Virus record (IMG/VR): IMGVR_UViG_3300032270_001767
Span: 1-29,764 of that record
DNA from: a virus
Lineage: Duplodnaviria; Caudoviricetes
Direction: 5' to 3' (one strand)
Length of the DNA stretch: 29,764 nucleotides
The notes under the pieces: generated by a model
What the model was told of the DNA's origin: nothing
The model's database searches: none
The model's input: the letters and a program-made list of their open reading frames with translations, nothing else
Shown: in pieces, positions 25,665 through 29,764 of the stretch
How the letters are laid out: every line of letters begins with the position of its first letter
Numbering within the stretch: position 1 is the stretch's first letter
Made by a program: the position numbers and the translations under genes

Positions 25665-26339
25665 ATGTCAACGTTTCTTGATGCCGCCCAGGCTACAGAC
25701 AAAGGCAACCCCTTGGAGCACCAGGACAAAGCTTGGGCGTATGCCTGGGGGTTGTTATCAACTGAGCAACAGATTGAGTTTTTAAAACAATTCAGGAACT
25801 CCTCGGATACTGCAACAAAACTTAACAATCCGTTAGCTGTTCAGTACATGAGCCAGCGGGATAATTACCGCGATGCTAACAGGACTTGTTTTAGCTCTAG
25901 CTGTGCCATGCTCCTGAAGTTCCTTAAGCCTGGCAGCATTAAAAATGATGATGACTACATCAAAGTAGTCTTTCATTACGGTGACACAACCCAAAGTGCT
26001 ACTCAAATTGCAACCCTAAAGCACTTTGGACTGCCCGTTAAATTTGTAACAAATGGTGATCGTGCTCTTATTAAAAAACAAATTGATTCGGGTAAGCCCG
26101 TACCAGTAGGATTCCTACATCATGGCCCAGTAAGTCAACCATCTGGTGGTGGGCACTGGCTTTGTATTATTGGTTATGACGACAAAGGCTACTGGGTAAA
26201 CGACCCCTGGGGGGAAATGTCCTTAGTTAGCGGTACCTATCCAAGTACCGATGGTGCCAAAAAACACTACAGTTACAAAAATTTTGAACCCCGCTGGATG
26301 GTTGATGGGCCGTCAACGGGGTGGTGTATTGTCGCTTAA
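25665..26339 (+). CDS. C39-like cysteine peptidase (putative endolysin)
   Basis: YMSQRDN...TCFSSSCAM, GHWLCIIGYD and VNDPWG give the Gln/Cys/His/Asp set. Confidence 0.88.
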   Translation: MSTFLDAAQATDKGNPLEHQDKAWAYAWGLLSTEQQIEFLKQFRNSSDTATKLNNPLAVQYMSQRDNYRDANRTCFSSSCAMLLKFLKPGSIKNDDDYIKVVFHYGDTTQSATQIATLKHFGLPVKFVTNGDRALIKKQIDSGKPVPVGFLHHGPVSQPSGGGHWLCIIGYDDKGYWVNDPWGEMSLVSGTYPSTDGAKKHYSYKNFEPRWMVDGPSTGWCIVA

Positions 26340-26341
26340 GA

Positions 26342-26437
26342 TCAGCGTTGCTTGGTCTTGGCAGTAACCAAAGCAAGAAATTCAATCACTTTGTAAAACT
26401 TCCTTACAAATGTGTCGTCCTTAGGGCTGTTGGTCAG
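26342..26437 (-). pseudogene. 3' remnant of a holin-like paralog
   Basis: Translates as LTNSPKDDTFVRKFYKVIEFLALVTAKTKQR*, which aligns with the C-terminal half of 27215..27382. It has no start codon, and an in-frame stop lies a few codons upstream. Confidence 0.8.
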
Positions 26438-27138
26438 ATATTTTTGTTTAAATATTCAATTGCTTTTGCCAAGCTAGTTGTATTTTCCAAAAATAATCCT
26501 ATTCCTGTATTGCAACGGCTACATAAAAGTCCTCTAATTTTTTTGGTTCCGTGTATATGATCTACGCATAAACGTCCGCCTTTGGAAACGCCAACAGCAG
26601 GCGCAATGTCAACATGTATCTCACAAATAGCGCATTTATGATTTTGTTTTTCAAGAAGAAAATCGTATTGCTCAAGCGTTAAGTCATATTTTTTTAAATT
26701 TCCCTTACGTATTCTTTCTTTATAGATTGTTTTGTTTTTATTGCTGAGACATTCATTGCACCAGCTACCAACTTTCCCAATGCGTTTACCATTGGGATCT
26801 GGGGCAAAAGAATTAAAAGATTTTACGACTCCACAAGAGCCACATATTTTTTCATTATTTTTTGCTAATAAATGTTCTTGCATGTATCTTTTTTCTGCTC
26901 TTTCGTTGGCCGCACATTTGGCGCAACCTTTTCCAGCTAAATGGTTTGTCCCTAATTGTTGAAATGGGCCACAGGTAGGACAAATTATTTCAACATATTT
27001 TTGTTGTGAAACAAAAGTTTGTAAAACAGAGTCGTATAGGTAGCGTTCTCCGTGAATTTCTTTAGCTTTTGTTATAAAATACAAAGCTCGCGTTTCCCTG
27101 GAAGCGGCTTTAATAAATTGTTTGTTAGAATTTTTCAT
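26434..27138 (-). CDS. Free-standing endonuclease VII-family (putative homing) endonuclease with two N-terminal Zn modules
   Basis: KYDLTLEQY...QNHKCAIC...LCVDHIH.T.KIRGLLCSRCNTGIG...AIEYL. N-terminal FI.KAKEIHG.RY.Y...IICP...HL.GKGC.KC and CxxC...CxxC. Visibly AT-rich. Confidence 0.92.
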   Translation of the reverse strand: MKNSNKQFIKAASRETRALYFITKAKEIHGERYLYDSVLQTFVSQQKYVEIICPTCGPFQQLGTNHLAGKGCAKCAANERAEKRYMQEHLLAKNNEKICGSCGVVKSFNSFAPDPNGKRIGKVGSWCNECLSNKNKTIYKERIRKGNLKKYDLTLEQYDFLLEKQNHKCAICEIHVDIAPAVGVSKGGRLCVDHIHGTKKIRGLLCSRCNTGIGLFLENTTSLAKAIEYLNKNI

Positions 27139-27141
27139 AAG

Positions 27142-27168
27142 ACCACACCTCCATGTGGTTGTATTTAG
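27142..27168 (-). promoter_or_regulatory. T4-like late promoter plus SD-containing hairpin
   Basis: Minus strand reads CTAAATA-CA-ACCACA-TGGAGG-TGTGGT-CTT-ATG. Confidence 0.65.
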
Positions 27169-27214
27169 CAGAGCATGGCAGTGCTTTGCTTTTTATTTTT
27201 TTAGTCTACTTGTT

Positions 27215-27382
27215 TTAACCGTTTTTTGCGCGGCCAACAAGAAGGGCTCCAATTTCAATTAAACGGTAAAATTTGCGAGCCCAAATGTCGTCTTTGGGAT
27301 TTGGCGTTAAAGCTGTAATAGCGGAACATGCTGCATGAATTGCAAGCAATGCTGTGATGTAGGCCTCTAGTTTTCCGTGCAT
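27215..27382 (-). CDS. Small holin-like membrane protein (55 aa), absent from the ORF track
   Basis: MHGKLEAYITALLAIHAACSAITALTPNPKDDIWARKFYRLIEIGALLVGRAKNG*: TM helix, TPxPKDD turn, amphipathic helix. AGGA upstream. Confidence 0.8.
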   Translation of the reverse strand: MHGKLEAYITALLAIHAACSAITALTPNPKDDIWARKFYRLIEIGALLVGRAKNG

Positions 27383-27401
27383 GGTCCTATTGCTTTTAAT
27401 A

Positions 27402-27839
27402 CTATTTTACACCTTTTGACTTGTAATAGAAAAAAGATTTAAATTCTTCATTGATATCCCATCTTGCATCCTCCCAACGCTGAAACCACTTCTTCCACAC
27501 ACGGAACTGTTTGTCAGGTTTTGCTGACTCACAGCGCAATGTAATTGAATCTCCTGGCGGCAACTCTTGCATCCACTGCCGCACCTGTTGAATGCCAATT
27601 GCTTGAATACGGTTTGAATGCCTACCTGTCAAATGTGAATCCAGGCGGCGGACCCTTCTTTTTTTTGTTTTTCTTTTCAACCAATCGTTGATTTGCCTCC
27701 TGCTTTTCCCAGTTGCAATGCTCGCTAACCATATGCATCCGTTCTCGGTACGCATCCATGGGAGCAACCTCATTACCACCAGGTGACCGCCACCTAAATG
27801 TTTTGTAAATACCTTTTTGCGTTGTTTTATTTTCCTCAT
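27402..27839 (-). CDS. Hypothetical basic, Trp-rich protein (145 aa)
   Basis: Longest ORF filling the interval in a minus-strand run. Confidence 0.7.
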   Translation of the reverse strand: MRKIKQRKKVFTKHLGGGHLVVMRLLPWMRTENGCIWLASIATGKSRRQINDWLKRKTKKRRVRRLDSHLTGRHSNRIQAIGIQQVRQWMQELPPGDSITLRCESAKPDKQFRVWKKWFQRWEDARWDINEEFKSFFYYKSKGVK

Positions 27840-27860
27840 TCATTACGTATTGCTCAAGGT

Positions 27861-28604
27861 TTACGGTTGCGTTGCCAATGGAACAAGTATATCAGGAAAG
27901 GGAGAGCCCTGTTGATGCTCACGTTGCCAAGCAGTATCCCACTCTGACAGTGAATGAGTGTGCTGATCATCTTCAACATAAGTTGCAGTTGTATCAGCGA
28001 TTACATAACTTTCAACCGTATCTTCAAACAACAGGAGAGCGTAATCTTCCAGCAAAATATCAAATGTTGTTGTTGGAAATTCAACAACAAAAGCAACTTC
28101 ATAATCAAGAAGTTCATTGCGAGTCGTTGAAACGCACAATAGATAACTTCCGGCATCCAAGGGGTAATACCGTTGATCCCCTTTGTCTAGTCGAGTAGGA
28201 ACAAAGTTGTTATATAGATCTGACTGCTTGTTCATCATGTGCCCTACATAGGGAACATATGTTTCGCCATCAATTGTTTCCGTAATGCTATCGGCATCAA
28301 AAATAGCCCGTCCTTCTATAGGAGTTAAGTTCAAGCTGTAGGTTGAAATATTGATATACTTAGGCCTGATTCCACCTTTAGCAAAAATAAGCCAAGCAGG
28401 AGAAGCTATATCAATACGAAACCAATGGTTATAGGCGCCACCACCAAATCCACCATTAGACGTAAAATTAGTATCAGCCCTACCAACAACTTGACTCCTG
28501 GGTCCCAGTGTACCTTTTAAAGTGCGCACAGAAAGCGTACTAAAAGAACCTAGAAACAAAGGATCTTCTTTGGTTCTTTGGCGTTGAGCTTGTGAAGAAC
28601 GCAT
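27861..28604 (-). CDS. Hypothetical beta-sandwich protein, possibly virion-associated (247 aa)
   Basis: HWFRIDI...LDAGSYLLCVS...YEVAFVVE resembles PPC-like jelly-roll domains. ILLED..LLLFE motif. Confidence 0.65.
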   Translation of the reverse strand: MRSSQAQRQRTKEDPLFLGSFSTLSVRTLKGTLGPRSQVVGRADTNFTSNGGFGGGAYNHWFRIDIASPAWLIFAKGGIRPKYINISTYSLNLTPIEGRAIFDADSITETIDGETYVPYVGHMMNKQSDLYNNFVPTRLDKGDQRYYPLDAGSYLLCVSTTRNELLDYEVAFVVEFPTTTFDILLEDYALLLFEDTVESYVIADTTATYVEDDQHTHSLSEWDTAWQREHQQGSPFPDILVPLATQP

Positions 28605-28632
28605 TATTGTATCAAGTTTTCTTACTTATATT

Positions 28633-29295
28633 TTACTCCTCAATTTCTTTGCGCTCCAATGGATTTGTAATGGTTTGCTTGAAGCTTTTCTCCACTAGCA
28701 GGGGGTCTCCTTTGCGCTTGCCATATAGCATTAATTTTTCAGGTTTAAAATCCAACTCAAATGGTGTAACGTCTGCAGGAGGATACAGCCGATTCCAACT
28801 TGAAATCAAATGCAAGGGATTCCCACATTTAGGATTACCGCAAACCCTGGTGACCACAAGACTACCAATGTCCCCCCAGGCGCACTGATAAAGTGCTTTA
28901 TGAAATGTAACATTTTCAGCTTTTTGTTTACTGTAGGTTGAGCGATAGGAAGGAAAACAAACACGCCGAGGAGTGTAGATGCCAGACGAATTAATTTCCC
29001 AGCATTCCCCTGGAGCATGTATGTCAAGTTGATTCCAAAGCTTGTGATATTTGATTTTGTAATCCGTATGTACGTAGTTAATGTCAAAGCCACATATGTT
29101 AGACAGGATTTTCTTGACACAGAAGTAACACCAGTGTTGCTTGGTATCCCTAATGAAATGATTATGTGGACAAGGGAAACCAGTGTAGTAACCCTTTTCA
29201 TTCAGAAGGGTTTCCGAAAGTTGACTGATGTCATTTATGTGACGAAAGCCTGCAGCTTCAATTGGCTCTTTAATGGCGCGATAAATGTTTGCCAC
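28633..29295 (-). CDS. HNH/His-Cys-type nuclease homolog, probably degenerate (220 aa)
   Basis: CPHNH...CYFC Zn module, then ECWE...FHK...VVTRVCGNPKCGNPLHL. The usual pattern is V.HxCxNxxCxNPxHL. Confidence 0.7.
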   Translation of the reverse strand: MANIYRAIKEPIEAAGFRHINDISQLSETLLNEKGYYTGFPCPHNHFIRDTKQHWCYFCVKKILSNICGFDINYVHTDYKIKYHKLWNQLDIHAPGECWEINSSGIYTPRRVCFPSYRSTYSKQKAENVTFHKALYQCAWGDIGSLVVTRVCGNPKCGNPLHLISSWNRLYPPADVTPFELDFKPEKLMLYGKRKGDPLLVEKSFKQTITNPLERKEIEE

Positions 29296-29298
29296 AGA

Positions 29299-29640
29299 TT
29301 AAGCCTCCCATCCATCTGGTACAAATTTTGTTTTTAACGATGAAACAAGCAAAGGTTTTCGGTTGTCGTGTTCAACATTATCTGCAGCATGAGACACAGT
29401 GCGATTGGTGAGATCCTCTTCGGTCCTCATGTAATGGACAATGCGGTGTGCCAGGTAAACCTTGTTGTCCACGCTCACGACGTACAGTGCCGTTCTTTGG
29501 TTGAGGCGACCAGCTTGCCCACCCGGCTTGTGGCCTGCCTTTGCAACCTTCCAGGCCAGGCCAGTGGGGTAGTCGTCGGATAAACAGAACAATTCGTTGA
29601 GCCTCCAGAGGGGAGGCAGTGGCATGTGACCTCTTGCCAT
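29299..29640 (-). CDS. HNH_3-like endonuclease homolog, truncated or degenerate (113 aa)
   Basis: L.ELF....TGL.WK...G..AG...V.VD.K.YLAHRIV.YM.T...VSH...DNR. Confidence 0.7.
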   Translation of the reverse strand: MARGHMPLPPLWRLNELFCLSDDYPTGLAWKVAKAGHKPGGQAGRLNQRTALYVVSVDNKVYLAHRIVHYMRTEEDLTNRTVSHAADNVEHDNRKPLLVSSLKTKFVPDGWEA

Positions 29641-29764
29641 CGTGTCGTTAAAACTGCTAATAGCCTAGCACGTTGCAGGAAAACAGAGAATAAGGCCTTT
29701 TTTCCTTTACTAGGAGCTAAATTACACTTTGGTTCAATGGTGTAATTATTTCTAGGTTAATATT

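Noticed and set aside
26434-27176. Group I intron or intein around the endonuclease
   Set aside because: Only about 35 nt flank the ORF on one side and none on the other. There is no room for core pairings, and the host 5' half is missing rather than separated.
27622-27843. 73-aa alternative-frame ORF over the 145-aa gene
   Set aside because: Short, with no recognisable motif and no codon evidence of dual coding; treated as a shadow ORF.
28067-28090. 10-bp hairpin TTGTTGTTGG/TCAACAACAA
   Set aside because: It lies inside a CDS and arises from runs of Val and Thr codons; there is no U tail.
1-29764. tRNA, rRNA or riboswitch genes; assignment to a named phage
   Set aside because: No cloverleaf or known RNA motif was seen in the short intergenic gaps. 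Gene content loosely recalls freshwater cyanophages such as S-EIV1, but I cannot verify that without a search.

Overview
Part of a tailed dsDNA phage genome, most likely a cyanophage. The evidence is an NblA-like gene, a small ...YRGQGK protein typical of cyanophages, and cyanobacterial-style -10 boxes. The + strand from 1 to 17.8 kb is mostly head and virion genes: HEXXH protein, SPP1-type portal, scaffold-like protein, major capsid, several probable internal or tail proteins, two lysozymes, an M23-like protein, an HNH and nblA. A mostly minus-strand block at 17.8-21.4 kb holds DUF3310, dCTP deaminase, a degenerate Dam-like methyltransferase and HTH proteins. It is followed by tail fibre and C39 peptidase genes (21.8-26.3 kb) and a minus-strand block with holin-like and endonuclease genes. 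The most unusual signals are: (1) a 632-nt dual-coding overlap between portal and scaffold, with codon evidence that both frames are maintained; (2) an endonuclease VII cassette with a T4-style late promoter and an SD-occluding hairpin that has replaced the 5' half of a holin-like paralog; (3) a recurring '-10 box plus inverted repeat' layout before many genes; (4) several rearranged or degenerate enzymes (permuted M23, split SWIM finger, FPPS methyltransferase). All family calls are motif recognition by eye; no searches were run.
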